From Hydrolagus colliei (Eukaryota): a stretch of DNA of 64,000 nucleotides. The DNA lies in the NCBI GenBank assembly GCA_035084275.1, contig CM068748.1:11284001-11348000 (forward strand). Reading direction: 5' to 3'. The translations under genes were made by a program, and so were the position numbers. The number at the start of each line of letters is the position of its first letter. The stretch's first letter is position 1. This document shows, piece by piece, positions 1-11,384 of the stretch. The notes beneath the pieces are model-generated. The model was not told where the DNA came from and made no database searches. It saw only the letters and a program-made list of their open reading frames with translations.

Positions 1-829
1 AAAGGAAAGATATATCCAAAGGTACATGTGAATTCTGCATGGTGAGGACTCACAGGTATATCACCAGCATGTCTTTATTTATTAATTACTCTCTATATGT
101 TTACTGACAAAACTCAATATGTTAAATAAATAGAAATTATTTTGGTTGAAAATTGTGCTGGTTGAAACATAAGACTCCCCTACTCATACTCCCCTAAAGT
201 GAAAAATAGGGATGTTGTGTATTTGGTCGTTTGGGTTTTGAAAATGTGTACACCTCAAGTGAGAAACGCTGATGTTGGTGAGAGGAACACTTTCACACTT
301 TGGGTAATTATTCGCATTAAGCTGTCCTGTGGGCATTTTGTGAGGGGAAAGAAACTGGAAGCGCTTATTTCCTTTGGGCTTCAGAATTAACAAAGGTCAG
401 AGGTGAAGTATATCTTATTGCTATTGTGTACTATTGCTGTGACTAAGAAGTACAGCAGCTGTTTGTTTAGTACAAGCCTAAATCATCTGTACAGTAATTC
501 TGTGCTAATCAGTTCATCAGAGCAATGAAATTCATGTGGAGAGGTAATCGCAAACACCACAGGTGTTAGGTAAGAATGACTAGTTTTAGAGCACTCTCAC
601 TAACCACCATTAAAGATGATGGCCACAGGTGTCTTTTCTCTGAAGTTATTTTATAAATGCATTGGTCTTGGCTATCTGTTTCAGCAAGCACCATTCCTGA
701 GAGAGCAAGCCTTGACCTGCTTCCAAACCTCTGGACTGTACAACGGGGCATGAGAAAGTATGTGTGATATCTGTCTCTCCAATTTTGTATCAGTCTTTTG
801 ACTCCTGTCAGCCCTGCTGAGATCAATTA

Positions 830-868
830 TGATCAAGTATTACCAACATGTGATCAAGTATTACCAAC
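830..868. repeat. Short tandem duplication, 21-bp period
   Basis: TGATCAAGTATTACCAAC at 830-847 and 851-868. Confidence 0.9.
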
Positions 869-1357
869 CATCAAAACATGATTTAAATCAAAGTATTGAT
901 TTAAATGTATAAATCAGGCCATATTGTTTCTACTTTGCAAATTATCATTTTCCAGCGAAATAGTCACTATTTGCAGTATAACTTGTGAAAGAGTATTCAT
1001 ATTACTCCAAATTCTTCCCTGTCTTTCCTTGCTCCACATTCAATGTTCAGCATCCTTGGGTGTCTACATCCTCTAGAGTCTGAACAAGCACAATGCTTCA
1101 ATGATTAATCCAGTTCTCACACTTTTGTTTAATTCCTCGCCCTGATACTGACATTCATATATTACCAAGTATTTAACTGGTGAAGTACAGTTATGTATTT
1201 CCTGTATTGAGAATTTGCAAACCTCTGCTTCCATTGTTGGAAATATTTCACTAAAGATATGAAGCTTGATCCTTCAAACACATTTATCTGAATATTTAAG
1301 TTATGTTTATTAATGATGTATTTATGTGATGTTGTGATTTCTCAGGTTGGAGATTGG

Positions 1358-1495
1358 ATGTGCCTCAACATGGAAAGATGGTCATTGTCTCCCTGCCCCT
1401 GTTGGTTCCTGCTAGCTTGTGATTGGCTTGGCAGTTTGCTGTTCTTTGCAGAATTGCACAAAATACAAGAGTTATGTCACTCGATGTGGAGCTGA
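1358..1495 (+). promoter_or_regulatory. Upstream ORFs in the 5' UTR of the first coding exon
   Basis: ATGs at 1358 and 1370 open an out-of-frame ORF ending at 1495, overlapping the main ATG. ATG 1378 opens a 14-codon uORF ending at TGA 1422. Confidence 0.55.
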
Positions 1496-2208
1496 GAACA
1501 GGTTCTTTCAGTGGCTCTGCCAGAAGATCTCCAGAATGCCAGAACATTGCAAGCCCCAGTAAACTAAATTGTACACGATCTGATGTCACCATTAAATCAC
1601 TGTGCCGACTTTCTCCCAACCCAGTTATTCGAAGATCCCACGTACCGAGACGCAATTTGCCTCTAAATATAAAGATGGATTTCTTGGATTTTCCTGACCG
1701 TAAAAAATCCACAGTTTCACTCATCCGCACACGCTCGGAGACCAACCCCTTTTGTGAAAAATTTCCTACCAGCCCAGGTAGGTCAACTGCCCCAACCTCA
1801 CCAGTGTGCATTAGGACAAAACCATTTTGCTCCCTCAGTGCAAACAATACAAAAGCAGTGTCCGATTTTGGTCCTGAAGGGAAGAGCTCTGTAGTTACAT
1901 TCAGTTACATTGAAAAAGCCAGAGTGAAAACCGTCAATCCATTCAGTGTTTCCGTCCTTCCTCAGCAAGCAAAGATTACTGCCTCAGGTCAGCATTCCTG
2001 CATTGGAAGAAAAAGCCCCCAAACTGAACGCAAAGTGCACCAGTGGATTGCTCCAAAGGTAGTTCATACTAGGAGTCTGGACACAGGAACAAATTCAATG
2101 ACGACAACCACTTTGCATAGACCATCCAGTGACGATGGCTTAGCTTCCACACAAAGCTCCGATCCATCAGAAGGGAGGGAAACCTTGAAGAGCTTGTGCG
2201 ATAAACAG
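1474..2208 (+). CDS. PSD: PSD coding exon 1 (exon begins 1346), MSLDVELR...LCDKQ, ends phase 0
   Basis: Acceptor tttctcag|1346, donor CAG|gtaaag, in-frame stop at 1420-1422 upstream. SSVVTFSYIEKARVK resembles recalled human PSD SSVVIFRFVEKASVR. The exact start codon is inferred. Confidence 0.8.
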
Positions 2209-3019
2209 GTAAAGTACAGGTACTGACAAAGCATCATGTGTAGATATCATGCATGATTTCAAAGTTTGTAAATTGTTTCTCAGAAATCTTCAAAGTAAAT
2301 AAATCAGTAGTGTTACAAGTGAAACACTGTGGTTGTGTGAGTGAGATAATTGATGGAAGAAGCCAACCAGACTGGTTACCATTTATGGTCCTATGGTCCT
2401 CTGGTCACCTGATGAGATTTGTGGCTTTATGTATCAGGTGTGGCTTTGTGTGTAGTTTTGCGATATCACAAGCACTCGTGGAAGAATCGTTGGAAAACCT
2501 TCATTAAGTGCATTTGAGGTACAAATACTGTTTGTGAATCTTGCTGTTTGCAATTGGCTGCTGCATTTTGCCCACAACATTTTATTCACTTTACAGTATA
2601 TTCTGTGAAGGGCTTTGAGATGTCTTGAAGGCGTGATAGCACACTATATCGAATGCACGGAATATTATTATCAATGGGATTGAATCCAGCCACCTTAGGA
2701 GTCCAGTGTATAATTGGAGTTTCTGGGTTGCTTGCTAATTCCTTTAACTGCTGGCAGCTCATTCCATGTATTACTCAAATTGCATTGTACAGTATGTGGA
2801 TTATTAAAGCAATTTCCTTATATAATAATGAAGGGATGTAGGTGTTTGGCATATGGAAGCAGGTAGAATAATGCTGATGTGTGACAGCTACATCCTGACC
2901 AGAAAGCAGATGCAACCAAGATTGTATCAAAAGAACTTTTTGCAGCAATTGGGATTCCTGGAATTCAACGTTTTCAAACTCCACACACTTCAAATCCCTT
3001 CATGTCCTGTCTCCTCTCT

Positions 3020-3250
3020 AACCCTCTGATCTTCTTACTCTGCAACCTTCTACCCACTGCCACTGCATGGCTGGCTCCAGCCTCCAGCTTGTCCTTCGTG
3101 CCCTCCATTCCACTAACGGTGGTCGCTCCTTTAGCCACTATGCCCCGAAACATTTAAACATTCTTCCTCCCCCTGCTCAGTGTTGTGCTCGCCTGCAGTC
3201 GAGCACTTTGGGATGCTGTCCTGTGTGAGGGCCACTATTTAAATGTTTTT
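3020..3250 (+). mobile_element. Degenerate L2 LINE 3' fragment
   Basis: ggtggtcgctcctttagccactatgcc (GGRSFSHYA) followed by a tail similar to other L2 copies in the window; limits approximate. Confidence 0.55.
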
Positions 3251-4546
3251 GTTCATTAGGAATTAAACTTGTTGCAAATTGAGCAAAGCTTTATTTCATG
3301 ACCCTTTTCCTTTAAAGTGAAGGTGCCATTTTATCTCCGGCCATGAGCCAGCATCCTGTATAAAATGTTGTCTCTGTATTTCTGCAATGAACACAGGTTC
3401 TGCAATGAAGTTGTTTATTCTTTGCATTCTTCTTTTATTCTGACTCTACCAGCTGTCCATCCGCTTTGTCCCTGTTGTGTCCCTCACCATTTGGCTTCAT
3501 TCCTGCACCCCTCCCTTTCGACAGTCTTCAGGTCATTAAATGCTGCCATATTTATGAAGCAGCTGAAATTGTTTCCAAAGCTGGTACAGAGCCACTGGAG
3601 CAACACTTTGGACTGAATTCTGCCCTGGAGACTTAAGGCTCCTGTGAAATCATGGAGAATTTGGCAGGTACATGTTTATCAAGCAGGGTCAAAAGGGAGG
3701 GGTATTGAATGCAGAGTTAGTTACGAGGCTGTGCTGCGAAAGTCATTCTCTGTCTCTGCTTTTTGATTAGAAAGGTTTGATGTGAATAGTTGGACTTGAA
3801 TTTCTTTGAGTATCAGAACTGACTTTATAGTACTCTCACTGTGGAGAGGCTTGGTCTATGGCACTTGAACCTCTGGTAGAACAAACCCATCTTTGACTTT
3901 GTATGTCGAGTTTTGAGTGACAACCACAACATGTTGCACAAAGGTAGGACTGTGCCTGGACTGGGTCTAAATGAGTGCTGCAAATAGAAGTTATTCTAAA
4001 CCTGTTGTAATCATGGTGGATCAGAAGTATGAATAATCTGAGGTTTTGTGAATACAGTTAAATATTGCATGAGGGTGAAGTTCAATGTCCTGCCTCTTTA
4101 CTTATCAGGAATTCTGAGAGAGAGTGGTATTAAAGTCATCGGGTCTCTGATTGATCTCATCAGACGTTAGTTAATAGCAGGAATGTAAAGGGTGTAATTT
4201 AGTTAAAGGCTTTCGATCCTCACACATTCCACAAACGCCCCCCGCCACCCGTTCACCCATCCCATCCACAGGTTGAATGGCACCAGCGTTTTACATGCTG
4301 TCCAATTTTCAGTATCATTGACTTTGCTCAGGCAGGTCATGGCCTGCATTTACCCCTAGCCCAATGTTTTACTGTTTAGTTCTGGTTTGAAACTTCTGAC
4401 ACCATGTGTTGATTGGTTTGCTCTCCAAGGCTGATGTAGAGCTGGCAGTGAGGATACTCCAATGGATTGTGACCTTTCAACTAACTGTTGACTTTAGCAT
4501 GTCACTCTGCTCTTGTTACAAGGTTGTACTTTTCACAGCTGGTTTT

Positions 4547-4815
4547 GTAGTCCTGTAGTTCTCGCCTTACAAGCTTGAGACCTGTGTTCAAATCGAGGCA
4601 GGGGAAAACCTTGGGCAAGTTCTCATGCATTGCCTCTCTCCCTCACAGATCAGAGTTTCCATAGCTTGGTTTGCAGCCTGGGACACTATGTTTGTGCTTT
4701 GAATTTTCACAAACTATTCAAAGATGATATCGCTTTATTCACTGAACTTCAAGTTTACGAGCTTCAAAAAGCTATTGAGTTTGTAGAGGGCGTGAGAACA
4801 GCACTATAAATACAC
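4547..4815 (+). mobile_element. tRNA-derived SINE, degenerate copy
   Basis: Head gtcctgtag...gagacctgtgttcaaatcgaggcaggggaaaaccttgggcaagtt is shared with the 15004 and 15401 copies. Confidence 0.7.
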
Positions 4816-6768
4816 TAGTTTCATTCACACCTTAATGTAAATGCAACATCATAGTGTCAAAGATACATTGTTCCAAGTTGGTGATACAGCAGAGCTGGGC
4901 CTGATTACTGGCTGGCAGTCATCTAGTTTATTTGGAGGGTTATCAGATCCTCCAGGGACTGTATAAAATGTCTACAGTTAATGGGGATCTGCATAATGTG
5001 AAACTGTAGATATTTATCGAATGAAAGAGAAGGATTTTAACTGCAGCCTGCAAAGATGGTTCTGGCCCTAGTCCAGTTTGTAGTATTTAGAATAATGCAG
5101 GTTGAGTATGATTGGCTTAGAATGGGCCTCACTGTGGATAAGGCTGCGATTCCAGATTTTTTATGCCAGATACCCAGCAAGGGGCAAAATGGCTGGAACA
5201 TTTGACTGACATGCTGGGTATTGGCAGGCAGCTCTGTCAGTAAAGCAGTTCTTCATAATTGGTCTGGGGATTGTTCTGAGAAAATGATGAGGAATGCAAA
5301 GCACTGGTTTCTCAGAATGTGGTTGCCAGTTAAAATTGGTTTATTCCTTTTTGCTCCAGTGAACACCTCTACTAGATTATTATTTTCGTCTGTCTGCCAT
5401 AGGATTCTTGCTTCTTTTAATTTAAACCAAGACAGTCTAGAAGGTACTGTATACCATAACTATGCTTTGCAATGTATGAATATTGCATACTATTCATGGT
5501 TTAAAATAAAAACTGTGCTATTTGGTGGTACTCAACAAGATCCCACAGATACTTTAATGTACAACTTTATATACCTTTAAAGTTTATTGAGTACTGTATT
5601 AATAACTGTTTTGCAATTGTAAAGTGCAACTTCAAAGAGGTTATGAAACTAAAATGAATGTAAAATACTATATATGTATGTATCTTATCAGTCTCTCTTC
5701 CCTCACTCACAGTTTGTGAGTTGTGTGTGAGCAGAGGCTTGATGATTTGTCTATCTTTGAAACACTTTCTCTCGGTTTGTGCATCTGTCTTGGTTTGTGA
5801 AGCAGAATTCTACACGCTGGTAAAACTATACATAAGAGGTGAAGGAAAGGAACCAAGAAATTGTTTACTTGTAAGAAGTTCTGATTAGCCATTTTGGGAG
5901 CCTTATTCAATTGGTAATTTTATTTGAACAGCTCATCCTTTATTACCCTTTGAAACTTAGAACATGTTAACAGAAGCTTTTTTTCAACCCAAACATAAAT
6001 CTGAACTCAGTTTATACTCAACCCTTAGTATAAAAGGACAGTTCTCTTGCCAACCTCAATGTCCAATCTCCAACAAAATTACAGTACTTATTTTTAAGTT
6101 CAATACTATTCAATATGAAAGACCTGATGGAAATTTCAGGATTTCAATCCAAATATTCTGGATGTAAGCAAAGTAACATCTAAATTGGTCAATGACCAAC
6201 AGTCTCAGGTAGACTGAGAGTTTTTCAAGATTTAAGGTTATTTTGATGCCCATTTTTTTCTGTAGAACTTGGAAAGGAGATGGAAGGTACTTGACGAGAG
6301 ATTGCTATAATGTGGAAGGATATGGTTGACGTTTAGAGAGACTCTGTATATTCAGGTTACACTATGTGTTACAGCATTTAATTAACTTTTGTGTAGTTCA
6401 CTTTGCATTTTGAATTGTTCTTGACATGTTATGCCTCCAAATGACAATATCTGAACAATACAAAGGTCAATTGATTGCTACATGCTTAAGGTAAACTGTG
6501 ATATACCAAACAATTTTGGTGTTTCAGCTTGTTCTCCAATTACATGAATGGATAACCATCATTGTAATGTAATTACAGCCCACTTATTGAGTGTTGCACC
6601 TTTTGTTTAGCACATATATAATTGTGTTTCTCTTGGATCAATGAAAACTGCATTCTTCCAGTTAAAAATTGCTTACTTTGTGTAAACCTTGATTGAATCA
6701 TAGAGTTGATTGTTACAGTATGGAATGAACACTCTATAAAATACAATCAGTCTCACTAGTTTTATGTG

Positions 6769-6867
6769 TGAAGCATTTAGTCAATTTCAAGTCGAGCTAT
6801 TATCAAAAGGCTAGTTTGATTTGAAGCATTCAGTCAGTTTCAGGTCAGGTTGGTATTATGAAAAGGC
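6769..6867. repeat. Diverged ~53-bp tandem duplication
   Basis: tgaagcatttagtcaatttcaagtc...tattatcaaaaggc repeated as tgaagcattcagtcagtttcaggtc...tattatgaaaaggc. Confidence 0.75.
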
Positions 6868-7700
6868 AAATAATGCAGTCACTTACAGGCCTTTATATCA
6901 ACAACAAGAAATCAGCCTACAGAATGCTGTAATTGCATCCTGAATTCAGTGTTTTACCAAAACCCTTTGAGGGGTTTCTAAGTCTCATCATATTTTACCT
7001 GTACGTCCAATTAGCTGAATGGAGTAGATCAGTACAGTAGTCTAACTCTAAAGATGGAATCTTATCTTGCTCTTAACTTAAGACTACTCCTCTTGTAAAT
7101 ATTATATACCTGGGTTTACTTTCACTATTGATCTGTTGTACAAATAAATAAATGAAATGTTTCAAAGATAACTTGGCAACAACATCTTGTATTCTGACTG
7201 AAGCAAATCTGAACGTTTGAAATATTATGAAAGAGTTATTGTACAGCTGTTTCCCATTTGCCCACAGGGCAGGGGGGAAGATCTGAGGAATACTATAAAT
7301 CATGCCCAGGCTACCCTGGGTACATGCCTCTGTGTCAGTTCAAAACAACACTGAAAATGCACTGAAGCAGGTCACCTGAGGGACATGTGAATATTTCACT
7401 TATGTAGTACTTTGTTTGCCTTGCATTATGCCTTATATTTTATGCTTTATTCATCATTTTTATTAGTTACAGTAGAGTAGAATGGGAGAACCTCAGCTTT
7501 CCAACACTGTACATTGGGCTAAACTGAGACTTTTAAGAAAACTGCAACATCCCTAAAAAGTTGTGTTGTGATCTTTCTGTCAAAGTTGGAAATATCATTT
7601 TGCTTGAATAGATGAAATAGTCTGCAGAGTCACTGTTAGGGATGATGTCCTGCTGATTTTTATTTGTTCATACATGGGATTTGTGTGCTTTTATTTTTAG

Positions 7701-7803
7701 GCTGACCCTTGTGTATGGCTTGGGGAACACTCTGAGCTTGCTCAGCGCATTGCAAAAGCTAGACGGGAATTCTTTTACGGAATATTAGAACCACAAATCA
7801 AAG
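7701..7803 (+). CDS. PSD: PSD coding exon 2 (103 nt), ADPCVW...QRIAKARREFFYGILEPQIK, phase 0 to 1
   Basis: ttatttttag| and AAG|gtaaga. The AKARREFFYG motif matches recalled PSD AKWEFFYG. Not in the ORF track. Confidence 0.92.
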
Positions 7804-7954
7804 GTAAGACTCCAAAGCAGGTAGCAATATGGTCGAGAAGTACGTGTTTGTTTGTTAACATGATAGTTGTAGGGCACTTCTGCCAGTTAATGTGTTACTG
7901 TAGGCAACATGGCAACAGGGGTGGAGACGGATGGCAGATGCTACACATGAACTC

Positions 7955-8280
7955 ACATTCTAGGCTGACACTCCAATGCAGCACTGCATTGGTCGAGGTG
8001 CGGTCATTCGGATGAGATGTGAACCCAAGGTCCTATCCGCCTGTTCAGTGACTGTTAAAAATCACACAACGCAACTCGAAAATAGAAAGAAGTTTCTCCT
8101 TGTGTTTTGGCCAACAATCCCACAGATAAAATTGGTTATTCATTTCATGCTGTTTGTCAGACATCACTTTGAACAAATTGGCAGCTGCTTTCGCCTACAA
8201 AATAACCAGTCATCGCACCTTACAGTAAATCTTGTGAAGTGCAAGCTTTGAGACATCCTTCAATGCAAGGATCATTCTTA
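7955..8280 (+). mobile_element. DeuSINE-like element (SacSINE1/AmnSINE1-type central domain)
   Basis: ggctgacactccaatgcagcactg...ggtgcggtcattcggatgagatg...ttctccttgtgttttggccaa resembles the recalled Deu-domain consensus and is followed by an L2-like tail. Confidence 0.7.
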
Positions 8281-8355
8281 TTATGTACACTCATTGTGTT
8301 ATACCATATAACCTCAATTTAGTTTGATGTTCCACTTTTCCAAATATTCTTGCAG

Positions 8356-8854
8356 CTAATGCTAAAAGTGAGCATTCATCAACTGATGTTGTAACCAATG
8401 AAACACTAGAGAACAATTTGAAGGGACAATCTACTGGTGAATCTTCTGAGGAGCAGCAGCACAGTGTCAAAGAGAGCTCGACTGAGATCAGTGATATGAA
8501 AGCCACAGCTTCTTCAAATGGGACTGCAAGAGAAAGCGAACCAGGAACCACAAGAGCAAATAAGTATTCAGAGACTGATCTGGATGCCGTACCCATCAGA
8601 TGTTACCAGGAAACCAATTTGGATGAAGTCATGGCAGAGGAAAATGTAATGAGTCCAGAACTATCAGATCAGAGTAACAGCATTCATCGTTCAACAGATC
8701 CTGATGATAGCGCTCAGATTGATCATGAAGTTCATCGCGGGAACCACTTGCCAGACATAACTACTAATAACCTGCACAAGTGTGGAGACGAGCTGAATTC
8801 TGATGCTGCAGGAGATGAGGTGTTTTCACAATCTGAGTCTGCAACTGAAGACAG
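8356..8854 (+). CDS. PSD: PSD coding exon 3 (499 nt), phase 1 to 2
   Basis: ttcttgcag| and CAG|gtaacc. [23 protein letters not shown] matches recalled human [23 protein letters not shown]. Confidence 0.92.
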
Positions 8855-8949
8855 GTAACCCAGCCCTTTCAAGGTTTGGTTATGCTATTTGTACTGATTC
8901 TTTTTTTAAATGTTACGATTAAAAACAAAAGCGCCAGGTTTATTTTGTT

Positions 8950-9445
8950 AAAGGATCTTGAATTCGATCCTCTGGGTGACAGGAAGCCAGTGGAGATGGG
9001 CGAGGGTGGGAGTGATGTGGTCGCGAAGCCTGGTACGGGAGAATACAAGAGCTGCAGAGTTCTGAATGATCTGCAGCCTGTGAAGGGAGGAATTGGGGAG
9101 GCCGGCGAGGAGAGAGTTACCGTAGTCAAGTCTGGAAGTGATAAAGGCGTGGACGAGGGTTTCGGTGGCGTGGGGGGGTGAGGTATTGGCGGAGTCTGGC
9201 AATATTGCAGAGGTGATGTAAGGCTGTGCCAGTCATGGAGCGGATGTGGGGGAAGAAGGATAGTTTGGGGTCGAACAAGACACCCAGATTCCTGATTGGC
9301 TTCAAGAGGTGGAGAGAGCAGCCTTGAACGCTAATGTTGCCAGCGCCTGAGGTGTGGAGGCGCTGATGTGAGCCAATCAGAAGGGCTTTTGTCTTGTTGA
9401 CGTTGAGTTGTAGGAAGTTTGCCCTCGTCCAGGACTCATCCATTT
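8950..9445 (-). mobile_element. L2-clade LINE ORF2 fragment (C-terminal RT region), frameshifted
   Basis: Minus-strand peptides NFLQLNVNKT, RNLGVLFDPKLSF, HAFITSRLDYGNSLLAGLP and HWLPVTQRIEFKIL, split over two frames. Confidence 0.9.
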
Positions 9446-10319
9446 CAATGGATAAGGCTGAGGTAAAGCTTCGTTACATTTGAGGGAAAAAAATCATGTT
9501 GCAATATATAAGAGGTTCTGAAGGTTTGTCTTCTGTCATGACACAGCAGATTAGAAAGTTTTACGGTCTAAATTCTTCTCCCTTCTCTCACCCTCATTTG
9601 CTATCCCTGACTGCTTGAAGTATGAGGTGAGGAGTTACTGAGCTGCAAGAATATAATAATCCAGCATTCCCGTTCAGGATCTCAGCTACTAAAAAGTGAT
9701 TATCATCAAATGTAATCCTATTATAAATGTGATCTATTTTCCCACAACTAAGCAGATTTTCCAATGCCCTTAAGTACAGAGAAAAGAGTTGCACTTCGAT
9801 TTAATATGAAAACTTAAAGATGTTCTACTAAATTGCCATCTAGTGTTGTCTGTGCACTTACTGGAATCTCATATTTTAACTGTTCATGTATTTTATATTC
9901 TAAAACTGCTGGTATTCCTGAGAGCAGTCTGTTAGAATTACCCACTGATATCATTGAAGTTTCTGCAGACTGACTTAATGAATAGCGTGGATGGGCTGTG
10001 ATAGTTTGGATACTACATGACTGCTATTCCAGTCCCTGGATTTCTGCCATGGTATTTAGCCCTAAAATAAGATCCTAACAAAGTTTCTGTTAAGTGCAGC
10101 CACTGTATATTTGTAGTTAAATTTATGTAACAAGCTTGCAAAATTCCCTACAAGATGGGTTGAGGGGGGTGAAAGGTTAAGTGATGTACTGTACAGTTTT
10201 ATCCTTTGAAAATGTTTGACACAGAAAAATATTTGAATCCAGAACAGGCATTACTGAATCAAGAAACATTCTCGACACTCTTGCCATTTGTATGCTGGAT
10301 ATATATTTTTAATTGTCCC

Positions 10320-10650
10320 AATTATTTCCCCTTCCTCTATTGAAGAGACTGGATCTTACTGGACTATAATTTCCACAGGCACTGGCTGCCTGAGTCACTT
10401 CAGAACCTGTCTTCATGTGTGACCCTAAACAAGCTGTTTCGCCATGACATGTGTCCACTTTCCAGCTCTGCCTACATAGTGATCAGGAATGGCTTGTCTG
10501 GGATTTGTTTTCCTCTCCCTGGGCAATTAGACCAACTATAGTGCTTCACTGTTGCTCTGGCGGAGATCAGTTAAACCCAGCATAGACTGGGAATCATATA
10601 TCAAACTGTAAAGCTTTGTGCCACACCGTTAGCCACTGGGCATCACAGAG
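10320..10650 (-). mobile_element. Possible ancient SINE remnant
   Basis: gagatcagttaaacccagcatagactgggaatc resembles the reverse of an old fish SINE head; family not identified. Confidence 0.3.
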
Positions 10651-10868
10651 CGTTCATTTCATACCGAGTTTTAGAATGGAGATAGAAGAAGCTGAAATAT
10701 GAAATAAAGAAAGCAACTGCGTGCTTATTTGTCCTGCTGAAAAATTGACCATAGAAGCATTGCAGCATTATCAACAGCAACCGTTTTGTTACTTATTAGA
10801 AAATCCTGAAAATGTTGCAGATAAGATCGATTTCATCTCTCCACCTTCTCTCTCCCCCCTACACACAG

Positions 10869-11384
10869 ATCACCAGTCAGAGATGTCAAGAATATGCTTC
10901 CCTCTATTGCCGCAATTTGTATTGCCCGTCGCTTGTCTGAGGATGGTACTGACACTTTCAGCAAACAATTTGAACGCATCTTGGAGTCTCATCGTGCCAA
11001 AGGAACATCTTATACCAGCTTGGACTCGATGGATATTCTGACATCTCCAGCTCGAAACTATGAAAATTATTTCACCTTTGATTTGCCAACTCTGACTCCA
11101 GCAATCCAGGAACAGATTAAAGAGAGTGCCCGATTGATTGAACAGAATTTTTTGCCGTGTCCTCTTGCTCAGGAAGAATCCCATGCAAATTCTACCCATG
11201 GCTCTGACTGGCCAGCTAGTCCCAGGCGCAAAGAGATAAGAACGCAGAGAAATCAAAACGTCAGCCCGATGGTGGTTTACAGTAAATCTGAGAATTTACT
11301 GACCAGGTGCCAGCTGTACAGAGAGGACAACTTTATCAAAGTGGAAATAGATAATGATGAGCGAAAATCTGATTTCTCTTCCAG
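10869..11384 (+). CDS. PSD: PSD coding exon 4 (516 nt), phase 2 to 2
   Basis: Pyrimidine tract ending acacacag|, donor CAG|gtaggt. FERILESHRAKGTSYTSLDS matches recalled human FEAILESHRAKGTSYTSLAS. Confidence 0.93.

Noticed and set aside
1365-1847. 160-aa minus-strand ORF (similar ones at 8291-8596, 10870-11256 and 50978-51298)
   Set aside because: Antisense shadows of real PSD exons, with no recognisable motifs or supporting splice structure
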